NCBI GenBank assembly: GCA_044892525.1
Contig: CM097888.1
Span: 74,586,001-74,650,000 of the forward strand
Length of the DNA: 64,000 bases
Direction of reading: 5' to 3'
Source: Schmidtea polychroa
Taxonomy: Eukaryota
Shown here: positions 15,201 through 28,304 of the stretch, piece after piece
Position numbering within the stretch: position 1 is the stretch's first letter
Layout: every line of letters begins with the position of its first letter
Notes under the pieces: model-generated
What the model was told of the DNA's origin: nothing
The model's database searches: none
The model's input: the letters and a program-made list of their open reading frames with translations, nothing else
Program-made: the position numbers and the translations under genes

Positions 15201-18200
15201 TATATATTATTACTCTTTTTCTTTGATACATATTAGAAAATAAAAGTTTCTTGAAAGGTTTTGCATAAAAATTTAGTTTTCTTTATAAAAAATGAAATTT
15301 TTATGTATTTGCTTTAAATTTTGTTTCCTGAATCTTTTATATTATTGAATCGCTTTAATATATAAACTGCCTTATTTTAGTTGACCGAAAGTAATAATTA
15401 TTATTATGTTTAAATAATATTTAAAAATAAATTTTATTATTTCAACATAAATTAAATCATAAATAGCTATTATAATTTTTAAATATTTTATTAAAAAATA
15501 ACAAGTTAGGAAAAATGACAAAAAAAATTTCTAGAAGAAAATGTATTTAGGAGACACACAATATTTTGCTGTTTTATTTTATTTGACTCAAAATTTTTCT
15601 GGATAATTGAAAGGAAATACATACGAAAAAATTAATGAAAGGATTAAATTAATAATTAGGAAATTAAATTCTCTTAAAAATAGAAAATAAATCAACAATT
15701 TTACAAATTAATGGGTTGAACATTCTTCTATACCAATTAAAACAATAAATTAAAATTTTGATTGCAATAAAATAGAAAATTTTATTTTGAGAAACAAAAT
15801 TTTATTTTTTTACAGTCAAATAATTATTTTATTACCATTAAGTCAAAGGCGTACAAAGCAAACTTTTAAATTTATTAAAAAGGATTTAAAATTAAAAGTG
15901 GATTAATAAATTTTCCATTCCAATTAATAGAACTGGATTTGTTTTATTATTATTTTTTAAACATGACAATAAAAACTCAAATTGTAAAAAAAATATTGAA
16001 AATAGTAAAATATCTAAAAGTTCAACAAAAAAAAAGGAAAACAAAATAGCAATCCTTCCACCACTTGAAACAACAAAACAGCAAAAAAAGAAGCAAAATC
16101 CTTCATTTTTTTGCTTTTGTTTACTGTTGATCTGTTTCTTTTGATTTCATTAATTTTCATTATGAATGTAGGTCAAAATTAATTTTTTATGTAACACAGA
16201 TATTCGGCGCTGCATTTATTAAGTGTTATTCCAGAAACTATAATGATTTCTAATAGAAAATATTTTGGAAATCTAGGAAATTCATCAAATACAAGTCTGC
16301 GTGATAACTAAGCACTTGTAAACAATTTCTGTGTATAGACGGTGTTTCCAGAGGCGAATATGATTTTTCATACTTTACAAGTTTACAGATATTTTTTCTG
16401 TGATTTAGCTAATTTGCAAGTGATGTGATTTCCAGTGTACCAGGGAAAGTATGCAATAGAGTTGAATCAGCAATATTGTATAATTTCCTGGACGAAGAGA
16501 AATCTTTGCGTCTCCTGCATAGTACTGATGAGAGCCAAAAGCTCGAAACTAGTCTACTATTGGGATTTGCACTGGGTATCACAAAACTTGTAATGATTAT
16601 ACAACTAATTTTGTCTATACAGTTTCAGGTCAAAATATTGTATAATTAAGCATTAAATTTGAGGGTAGTAAAATTTAGATTCAATATTTCACGAAAGAAA
16701 ATCAGTTTTTATCTGTTAATATAAAAATTTCTTTCAGACTATTTGGAAGAAAACGTTGAAATACTCAAATATTTTGTGCGAGAGTATTAATACAGGGACC
16801 AAATTAAAAGAAATGTGTGGCAATTTGAATGAAGTCTGAAGAAATTTTAACCTCCCGGTAAAGATTACTATCAGAAACCTTTTAACAAAAGATGGCCTTT
16901 GAGTTTAATATTTCTTAGTTATCAATGTCGCCTATTAATAAAAACCTCAATAGGAATTGGAGTTTTGAAATTAAACAACAGTTGCCATCACATGATTTAA
17001 AACAAGTGTTACTTAAACTTTATTTTTAGCATTTTTTTACACCATTTTTCAAATTCAATCTGCTATAAGCATGAAAATGTGTGTACTGCCCGGTGAATGC
17101 ACAAACACTTACTGGAGACATACAGTCCAAATCACTGGGTAAGCGATATATATCCTGTTCTATCTACAAACATCATGATGAAAAATGAGTACACAATTTT
17201 AAGGTAATTACGTATTGGTATGTAACCACAAAAATGTCATGTGAATATTAAGTACAAATTGTCTACCCATTCAATTTGAAAATTGAAGCAATATAGATTA
17301 CAGGCAAGATTGGTGATAAAATCTCACTCATACTTACTTGTAAAATAATAGTTATATATAACCCCGTTGAAATTATATATTGGATCAGCAATTTTTACAG
17401 TACATTATAAATTATTGGAATATTGAAAAAAAATCAAATTCATTAACAAAAAATGTTATAAAAAAATATGAGGAAATACAAAAAGTAATAAAAGGAAATA
17501 TATTTTAATTAACCCCTTTACCGTCAACTTGTTTTTCTGAAATCGACCCTTAATTGGCGACTTTATTTGCGGCTATAAAAAAATTAATCTTTTAATTATT
17601 TTTCAAACATCTTTATCCACAATAACGAACAACTAATAACGAATAACAGTTAACTAATTTATAACAAATCAAGCAGTTTTTAGTATTGTTGTAAAGTAAT
17701 GAGTAGTGGATAACAAGGTACTGAATAAGATGAACAATTGTTTTGCAAGTTTTTTGTGTCTTTTGCTCCAAATCTTTGTAAGAATTTTTTTGTATTGTCT
17801 TCAATTTTATTTATCTGACACACTAGAACAGCATAATAATAGTTGTTGTGACGATTTAGCCTATAGCGATGGGGTAATACAGCTACGTTGAGGTTTGAAA
17901 CGTTTTCTGAGATTTCATGGGAAAAGTTTTTTTGTATAATTTTTTATTTTGTTTAGCCCTGCCATACATTCTTGCCCTCAGCAGGGCTAGAGTTGTAGTA
18001 GAGTGCATGGTTATTATGGTTTTATGTTTCTAAATGACCTAGAACGACGTATTTACGTTTAGCCGAGTATACTCGGGTCTACCGTGCTGCACTACGCTTT
18101 CAAATATATAAAACGAGTATCCTCGGGTCTACCGGTAAACGGGTTAATAATAGTGGAGCATAATTGGCAGAGAAGTACTTGGCAGACAGAACAAATGAAT

Positions 18201-21200
18201 ATTTTGATCTTTTCTCAAATTTTATTGTTGAAAATCAGTAGGTAACGCCAACACTAGAATGGATACGACTGTACTGACTGTAAACGGTAAATGGTACGAA
18301 CTTGTTGACGCGCCAGAGTATGGTGTAAGATAGAGAGTGATAGATGGAAATAAATCTAAAATGTTGGTGTTTTTAATATGCTCAGGGATCGTACTATTCC
18401 TATGAAACTCAAAGGGTTAAGTAACAATTTTTAAACCACAAGTTCAGCAAATTTATCACTTAACAGACTAAAGTAGATGAAAATTTTCATTATTTAATAA
18501 TTTCTTCAGATGATGTCAACTTCTATATTAATAGTCATGATAACCATCCAAATTTCTGTTTTTAATGGTAAAGAAAACTCCGTCGTTCTTTTTTTGTTTT
18601 ATTCTTTTTCACATATGTCTACGGCAATAAACAAAACTCGTGTTTGGACTTGATTTTTAGCTTTAAAGATGGCTACTAAACATGAATAAGGCTGTACCGG
18701 AGGGATAAACATATTTTAAGTTTCATATTAACACAACTTTAAATAAATTACCTTTTATATTTTCAGTTCTTTTTCGGATTTTCTCTACAGGCCCATTTTT
18801 AACTATGGAGGGTTTAGTAACTGAAAAATAAGATGATATTTAAAATTTAATGAAAAATTTGATAAAAATTAATTATTATTTTAATTCATACCATCTATTT
18901 TTAATGTAACATTGTCGCTGGTTTTATTATTTTTTAATATTATTTTATCAATGGTTATCACTAAATTGTATTTCCCACACGCTTTTGGTATCCAGTCAAT
19001 GAAAAAGCAATTATCTTCTTCGTTCCACCGGTATTTAATTCTTTGGGATTTGCATACTGTTTCTTGGAATCCGGCGGCTCGAATTTCTTCAAAACTGTGG
19101 GCTTCATAATTCTATAAATAAAATAAAATGTTATGAAAAATAATAATAATTTTTTGGAGATATTATAAGAGTTGAATTGAAAGGGAAACTCTAAAATATA
19201 AAAAGGGATTGTAAAAATAAAATTAATTGATTATAAAAAAAATTAATTTAGGATATACAGGTTTCTCTCATATAACACGAAATTAAATTTATTTTTATTA
19301 AAATTATTTTTCGGAACGTAACTTATAGTTTTGTTTAGTACAGTTTTACATAGCACTAACTACCGTGTTATAGGAGGAAATTTTACACGCATTTAAATAT
19401 TTTAAAGTTTTATATAGAAATTTTTATAATCATTTGGAAATTATTTTTTTGTGACAAATTCATAATTAGATTATTATTTCCCTATATTATTTATATTATT
19501 TATCTACTCGAGAGACGAAAGCGAACGTTCTAATAATGATGACTGTTAAATATTTATTAATATTTTTTAGTTTCTCCACATTTATTCAATAATTTACAAT
19601 TACATTTATCTTCATTCTTTGAAACTACAGGTCAATATGATACTTTCTATATCTGAAAGAATGAAGATTTTACATATTAATTTATTTGACGTTCTATTTT
19701 TATTAAATAGTTAATTTTTTATTTTTTATAAAAAGCAATAATATCTTTACACTTAATATCCTTTTAAAAATAAATATATTAATAAACTAAGCCCTCCCAT
19801 GATAGTCGTATAAGACTCATAAAATTATAAATATAGTTTTTTACATGGTTTACTAACAAAGATTTTAAAAAACTTAATTATCAATAAATTTACTTTTTAA
19901 ATAAGTTAACATTGATTTTCCGCGTGACTCACATACACACAGTGCATTGTCATAAGTAAATGGACAGTCGACAAAATTTATAATTGTTAACACTCATCAA
20001 AGAAACCGAGTCTAACGGTTTTTAATATAAAATAACGCAGTAGAATAGACACAGGTATAACATCGTCTTTTGCTATTTGGGCAGCTGTTGTACAATGATC
20101 AGACTCAACACTTCGTCTCACAGACCGAAGAATATGCTCAGATAGTCTTGGCCGTCCATTACAAAGATTGGTACTGGATTTTCCTGAATTGCAAAATTGA
20201 CTCACAACATTGTTCACTGTCGACAGAGGCACCTGCAAAGCAGCCGCAGCGTTTCTTTGTGATCTTCCTGACTTGCATTGTTCAATATTTATACCTTTTT
20301 AAAAATCTGACAGTTCTGATAACCAATGGGAAGATATTAACTAATCCTAGTTAGCTTTCGCACAGCGACTAACGATAGGGCTATGTAAATTTTGTATTCT
20401 AACTTTATTGTAGTTCTTGCAATGTGATATCACTAATAATTTTAAGCATCTTTTCTATTTTAAGTCCATTTACTTATATATATATATATTTACCTTATAT
20501 ATTTTAATTTCAAAATTATTTTAAAACTCTTTAACTTCTTATTTAGTGAAGTTAAAACAGAATATTTCAATTGACTCAGGTAATTAATTTTTACTAAATG
20601 CAATAAAGCAATATTTGCTGTTTACAAATATAAAATGTAATATTTTCTTGGTTTAAAAAATAATAAAACTTGTTTAAAATTGTATTTAAATTTGTATTTA
20701 CATTGTTGTTAAAATTTATTTATAAGATTTGATATTTAATGACAATCTCTTACTTTCATCATTGTTATACTTTGATATATATCTTTTCCAATTATCGTTC
20801 TCTCAAAGGGTACGGTGGTATTTGGGACTGGATGCCCTCCAAATAATTTTTCATTTATCTATATTAAATTAAATTCGAAAATAGTAGCATATTTTTCATT
20901 CTTTTTTTCAAGATTTAACTTACATTTATAAAAGGATTATTTCCTTTGTGATTATAATTGAAAATAACTTCTATATTGCTCATTTGGGATGTCACTTGAT
21001 TTTCATATTGGTCAAGCAATTCCAGTTGAAGATTAATTTCTTTATTCAGTTCCGCTGTAATCTGATTTCCGACAATATTTGTTTCTGATGAATTTCTAAA
21101 AATGTAAATATTTGGATATTTTATATTTTTAATAAATCAGTAATTTAGAATAAAACTTGATTCGAATATCAATCATGAAAGTTCTCAGAGATTTGTCAAA

Positions 21201-24200
21201 ATTTATTACAAATTAGATCAGTACAAATGGAAACTGTTGGATTTTATTATTCATTTTAAATTGAAATTGTAAGGAGTTAATTAATTAAATAAATATTTTT
21301 TTAAATTTTTTTAAAATATTTTATTATAATCATTTATACTTATACTCAATGTAATTTACAAATAAATAAACGTGAACATTTTATTGACGAAATTAGTAAT
21401 AATTATTTAGAAAATCGTTAATTGATTTTGTTTAAAAGAAGTGAAGAAAAGATTTTTTGATTTCTTAAAAATAAAGTTTCATTTAATTGTTTTATTTTCA
21501 TATATTCAAAACGATTACAGAAATCGTTACTGTTTTCGTTACGCTAAAAATAATTAATTAATTCTTTAACTGTGTGAAACGTAATTATACGTTTAGCTTG
21601 ATTTTCACAAAATATGTTTGATGATTACACCAACATCAATCTTATTTGAGGAATGGTTTAGAAAATAAAAAGAAAAATATATAGTTTTCAACATTTTTTA
21701 ACGAAATTCCATAAATATTCTATCATTTCATCAAAAATAAATCCCCATTAAACATTAAATTAAAAAAAATCAATTAATTAAATCGAGTTAATTAAAACAA
21801 AGAAGAATGATCAATAAGTTGTGAAGTGAAAAGATGAAATTGAATAACTGTTTATGAAATAAATAAATGAAAAATAATGTTTACGTAATGGGGGCTCTTA
21901 AGAACTAAATGCAAAAAAAATTATTAAAAAATATTGTTATGATTAAAAACCATTGCAATTATATATATAAAAACTTGTCCTTTGACAACGATAATGAGTT
22001 AACATGTCAAATACAACTATTTTATTATAAGAACTTGAGAAACAAAATGGCAACTAATTATAGTGCATTATCTATTAAACTAGTCTATATAAAACATGTA
22101 CTTTCCAAAAGTTCCCGTCTGTTTGAAAAAAAATAATTTCAAAGGAAAAATGACGAAAGGAAATAAATTCACTAAGTAGTTCAAATAAACATTATTCTCA
22201 TATAATAGTATCAATATCTTTACAGATTCATAGTCAATTTTTTTAATAAATACAATGTCAATTAAAATGAAATCAGAGGTGANNNNNNNNNNNNNNNNNN
22301 NNNNNNNNNNNNNNNNNNNNNNNNNNNNNNNNNNNNNNNNNNNNNNNNNNNNNNNNNNNNNNNNNNNNNNNNNNNNNNNNNNNNNNNNNNNNNNNNNNNN
22401 NNNNNNNNNNNNNNNNTTTCAAAGTTAAATGGAAAATGCTATGTAGATTCCATTAAATATTATAAGAATATGGGAAATAAATACTGGATAGGATATCAGA
22501 AGGAAAACCCATATGAAATTACTTTGCATCTGTTATTTTGAAACAATAAGCAATTATTTACATGTATGAAATAAAGCAAACATAATATACTTTGAAACTA
22601 CATATTTTGACTCAATTACATATTTTTTTAAATTTCCTCATAAATTATACAATAATAATTTCTGTAATAATTTAAAATTACGCAATTCCAAAATATATAA
22701 AAGAAATCTTAAATTCTAATGTTATATCAATTAAATGCAAAATTATATAAATGCCAGTTCTAAAAGAATTCTTAATGAATTGAATCGTATCCATAAAACT
22801 AAGCCAGAAGGAATTTCAATTCGATTAAAATCACAAAACGATACTTCTAAACTCATTGGAACTTTCACTGGATTTCCAGATTCTCCATATCAACAGGGAT
22901 CTTATGAAGTAGACTTCAACATTTCCAAAGAATATCCATTAAAACCTCCACAAGCTTATTTTATAACAAAGGTTTGGCATCCGAATATCAGTTCCGTAAC
23001 TGGATGTATTTGTCTTGACATACTCAATGATAAATGGGCATTACATCATACTTTATTGTCGGTTACGGTTGGAATATCTTCATTACTCATTCAAGCAGAA
23101 CCGAATGATCCTCAAGATGCAATCGTTGCTAGACAATATTTAAACGACAAAGATTTATTTGATAAAACTGCAGCATTTTGGAATCATTTCTATGCCGGAG
23201 GTCCGAGAAAAGAAGAATTCGATGAATTCGAATCAAAAATAGCTCAGTTGCATGACATGGGATACCCGACAGACGTGTCAATCCACTCATTGTCAATGTG
23301 GAATTGGGATTTAGATGAAGCAAAAAGGGACTTATCGAACAACTGAGACATTATAATTTTATATGATTTTCATTAAAACGAAAACATTGTTTTCATTTTA
23401 TTTTCATCTTTTGTAATGAAATATATTTAATTAGCAAATGTTGATTTCTTTGATTTTTGGTGTACTTTGAGTTGACAAATTAAATAAAATAGAAATTCAG
23501 AATTATATTTTTGGGATTAATTAGCCGTAATAACGTTGTTGAGGTTCCAGCGGCTACTACAAGTTTAATTGTACAGAAAATCAAAATTTAGTATTTGAGT
23601 AAACAATAAATATATTTTGGTGGATAATTTTCAATTAGTAAAAATTTCAAAAATATGTTTTCAAAAAAATGTTTTTCTATTATTCTACAATGAAATTAAT
23701 GTATTACTTTAATTCATCCAAATATTTAGCGGGCATCGAAGTAGGGACTAATTTAAGTCGACAATTACTGACAATAACCACGGAGCACGATTGAAGCCAC
23801 TTAGATAATTGAACTGCCGGAGAAGAACATAAGGTTTCAGGATAATAATTTGATCCTTCTACAAACCTTTTGACAAATGTCGTCTATAATTATATTTTTA
23901 TTCGTTAAATATAATGTAACAAAAATTAACATAAAACTATTATAATAAAAATCTGTTTTTAAATATAAAAATACTTCGAAAAATTTCAACATACTTTAGT
24001 TTCAGAANNNNNNNNNNNNNNNNNNNNNNNNNNNNNNNNNNNNNNNNNNNNNNNNNNNNNNNNNNNNNNNNNNNNNNNNNNNNNNNNNNNNNNNNNNNNN
24101 NNNNNNNNNNNNNNNNNNNNNNNNNNNNNNNNNNNNNNNNNNNNNNNNNNNNNNNNNNNNNNNNNNNNNNNNNNNNNNNNNNNNNNNNNNNNNNNNNNNN

Positions 24201-27200
24201 NNNNNNNNNNNNNNNNNNNNNNNNNNNNNNNNNNNNNNNNNNNNNNNNNNNNNNNNNNNNNNNNNNNNNNNNNNNNNNNNNNNNNNNNNNNNNNNNNNNN
24301 NNNNNNNNNNNNNNNNNNNNNNNNNNNNNNNNNNNNNNNNNNNNNNNNCAAATGAAAAAAGGAGAAAATTAGATCATACTTGTATTGAATTTATGTACTC
24401 CAATTGAGATTTATTTAAGCAATCTGTTAATGTGGGTAATTTGGATAATGAGAGGCCTTGATCTAAAATGCTTTTATAGGCTTCACATTTCTAAAGATTA
24501 ATAACATTAAAAAGTTTAATCAAAATTTTTATTACTTGAAGAATATTGGTTTCGTGTAATAATTTGATGACTTTTGATTTCTTTCGAAATTCCAACAAAC
24601 TAGTGGCGCACCTAGATGCCAAATATGTCAAAGCATTTTCTAGCAGCTCAATGGACTAAATTAAAATTTAAAATTTTATTTGTTAATTTGATAAGTGTAT
24701 TTTTTAAAGATGTGTATAAATAAAACAAAATAAACATTTTAAAAATAACACAGGTTTTTAACTAATTTTACTATTTGTATTATTATGATGAAAATGATAA
24801 TAATCTATGAAGGATGAAACATGATTATGAACTGCATCATCTATTTGTTAAAATCTGTCATTTATACATTATTGAGCTCTTATACAAGGAAAACTATACT
24901 GCTAACAGTTGATTGTAAGTATTTTGCCCATTAGTAAGTCTTGCTAATGTATAAATTTCTGTAATTTTCATGTGAAAAAATATCGACTTTTCATATAGAG
25001 ACATAAAAATTAATCTTTCATTGTATTTTATGAGAATTCGAGATAATATGTCTTGGGAAAGTGAAAACTGTTGCTTTCACGAAGATTTTCCCAGTAATTA
25101 ATAAAATGCCAAGCAAACTGCATTTGTCTATCAAAACTATGTTTAATCCAAATATCCTAAGATCAATCGTTTAGGTATCACAACTTTAAAATATTGTATA
25201 TATTCAAAAAGATACATTTTTTGGATCAATTAACAGTCTTCATAAATTAGGAAAAATCTAGAAGCAAATTTCAATCGGATTAGGAAAATTCATCATAAGA
25301 AAATGAAAAAAATTATAAATATTTAATTTAATTTAAAATAATTTACTGAATTTTCTCCGAACCCTAAGAAAAAATTAACTATCATTATGTTGTACAAAGA
25401 ATTTCGAGTAAGCATACAAGAGTGACGTTTATTATATTGTTCACAATGTATTTTTAGATGCATGAAATATCAAATGGATTCAACGAATATATGCTTTAGA
25501 ATTTGCTTTAGAAATCTCCATATTTGCAGTACTGGAGCATATTCATAGAATTATGACACATTCCCATTTGAAGCATTGTTCAAAAAGATATTTATTCTAC
25601 AAAAACACAATTTATCCTCGACTTAAGCATCAATTGGTTTAAAGTTAACCACAATACCTCTATTCACCTCAGAAAAGCTATGCCTCAAGTGAGACATAAA
25701 CTAATAATTCATATGTAGTACTTCAGTATTCGTTTAGTGAATTTATTGGTGATAGAAGGAACATTTTAAATACATTAAAGAAACAGCAAAATTAGAAAGA
25801 GGGTAAAATTGAGCAGCTCATTGACAGCAAACTTCTACAGAGCAGGGGAAAATCCCATGATTGCCGAACATATAGTAGGTAATCACTTGAACCGGGACAT
25901 TATCAAATTCCTAAGAGGTTTAATTATAAAATCTTACACTGAGTAAAACGTCATATTCAACTGTAATTAATTGAAAGATTTTTGTAATCAAACCTATAAC
26001 AAAAAATCTTTAAAATGTATATATTTTATCGTTAGGTATATGATGTCGATATTATTCAATACCTTAATATTTCATGAAATACCAGCTAAATATTATAGAA
26101 TATGATAAAATTTAATTTATATCAGTATTTCTCAATCGCCGGTTCGCGAAATACCTTAAAAATATAAGTCAGGAGAAAGGGAAACTGCATGTGTGCGTCA
26201 TTCTTGTGTGTGATACTTATAAATAAATAATAAATAAATAGTAAATATCAATGTAGTTTGCAGTTTTTTTACAGCAAAGTATATTTCTAAATAAAAAATA
26301 ATATCACCAGTCTGCGTAAAAAAGAAAATATCTTGCGGTCCGTGGAAAATGTTATAGTTAAACAAAAATTAAACATAATAAAAACTTGCAATATCAAAAT
26401 TGAAACTTATTTAATATTTAATTATTTCATATAATAACAACATTGTGACCATAAAATACATATGTTAGATTTTTGATAAATTAAATGCATTGAAACAAAA
26501 ATTAAATTGAAATAATATTTACTGCATCAATTTTACTGCAATGTCCAACAATGGAACACTTGAATCCGTATGTCGACTCTAAAGATTCCTCATATAAAGA
26601 AGCAGTGTGGAATTCGAAAACGATTTCATTTCCTGAAATTATTTTAATATTGTTTTATATTCTACTACCAGAAAATTACCTTGAATTATGACGGCTTTTT
26701 TTGGCCAATCAGAAATTATATTACTCAAATTTTTGAATATTGATTTCCATTTATTTTCAGATTGATTTCCATTAGATTTATTTGTACGAGCTTTAACCGT
26801 TAGAAAGTCTTCCGGTTGAGCTGTCACGCAATGACCATCGAATGTGACACTGATAGCATCAACCGAATCGGGAAATTTTATCTTTTAAAATGAGTAAAAT
26901 AAATCAGTTTCACTAGTTCATTATGAACAAATTTACTGTGTTATGCAAGAGTTTAGCCTGTTCATATGGATGATTGCTTTCGATTATAGTGAAAAAGTCA
27001 TTTTCTGGGCTTATTAATTTGTCAGTAGTTTTCCAATTTTCTTGAATTACGATTAAAGTTTCTCTTACGAATGTTATGGATAAGCATGTTATCTGAAAAT
27101 AGTTGAAAATAAATAAATTGTTATTGTCTTTCTCAGTTGTAAAATTTTCCAAAAACTTTAATATAGTTCTAATGTCTTTTAAGACAAAAACATTGTCTAC

Positions 27201-28237
27201 ACCCTCTATCATAATTACGCGTTCTATTGCAACTTTTGAAAGATTTTGAAATTCAAGAAGACTTAATTGCTGTAAAATAACGACTTTTAATTGAAATCTC
27301 TCTTTAAAAATTCGTAACCGTATTTTTGGTTGTAGAAAGAAATTAATGAAAAATATCCAAATTTGTGGGAGGCAATTAAACTTTATTTCCTTGCTTTCTC
27401 ATCGTCTTACATGGCTTAACACGGATTTAGTGCGGTTTCTAAACTTATTACCAAACAAAGAAACCGCCTGCATATTGTAAAAATGGGAGATTTGAGACTT
27501 TTTCTAAGCGACATCGAATATAGATTGAGTGAGGTTCAATATATAATAAAAGCTAATGGAAAACAGAAGAGGAATGTTGGCTCTTATTGTGAAAAGGAAT
27601 ATATAATACCAATTGTCTTATTCTTTTGTACATAAAACCCAAAAGCGCTAAGAGAGCTTTCATATATTTGATAAGTGGTAAATATTTTAAAATAAAACAC
27701 AAATTACATTATATCAAGGACAAGACTGCAAATATCTATTGTAAGAACTTGAGGTCTGAAGATGTACAAGACTTCTTTCAAGAGAAACAAATAAGACTTT
27801 GGTTAAAAAAGAGAGCTGGCAAAGATAATATTGAGTGATAGTTTTGAAAACTTGGAGGAAAGAGGAATTGATTTAGTTGAAGGACAGTATTAACCAGTGA
27901 TAACTTAATGGAGTACATTTCTTCAAACTCCAAGTACATAACAGAAGTGATATTGAGATAAAACATCAAAAAAAGAATGTATAGTAGAAAATCTATCGCA
28001 GATAATGCAAAACCTTAAACCCAGATTTCCTTCACTAATATAACGACAATATAATTCATGCAACCAATTTAAAAGAAAACATATGAAAACCCAACTCTGA
28101 TTAGTAGCAAAGATAATTGATGCTCCAGAATCATTACTTTCGATGTTTTTACGATATTCATTTATTCAGTAATCATTAATTGTTGCAAATTTTTCAAATA
28201 GCTACTTAATATTTCGTGAAATTTCTCTATTAAATTG

Positions 28238-28304
<67 letters not shown>

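Noticed and set aside
16200-16500. Possible decayed GIY-YIG endonuclease upstream of the 16.5 kb hammerhead
   Set aside because: The resemblance is vague and needs several stops and frameshifts. The opposite strand has an open frame that could be a MYCBP2 exon.
22694-22703. TATA box (tatataaaag) upstream of UBE2K
   Set aside because: The position is plausible, but the motif is uninformative in sequence this AT-rich.
23344-23346. Alternative genetic code (TGA read as an amino acid)
   Set aside because: The E2 ORF ends in TGA exactly where UBE2K orthologues end, consistent with the standard code.
24960-25950. Decayed coding-like stretch on the plus strand inside an intron
   Set aside because: It has multiple stops and no motif I can assign; a TBLASTX/HMM search is needed.
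27560-28000. Possible LINE C-terminal (zf-RVT-like) fragment (ORF 27626-27838)
   Set aside because: The Cys/His pattern is incomplete and there is no RT or poly(A) tail support.
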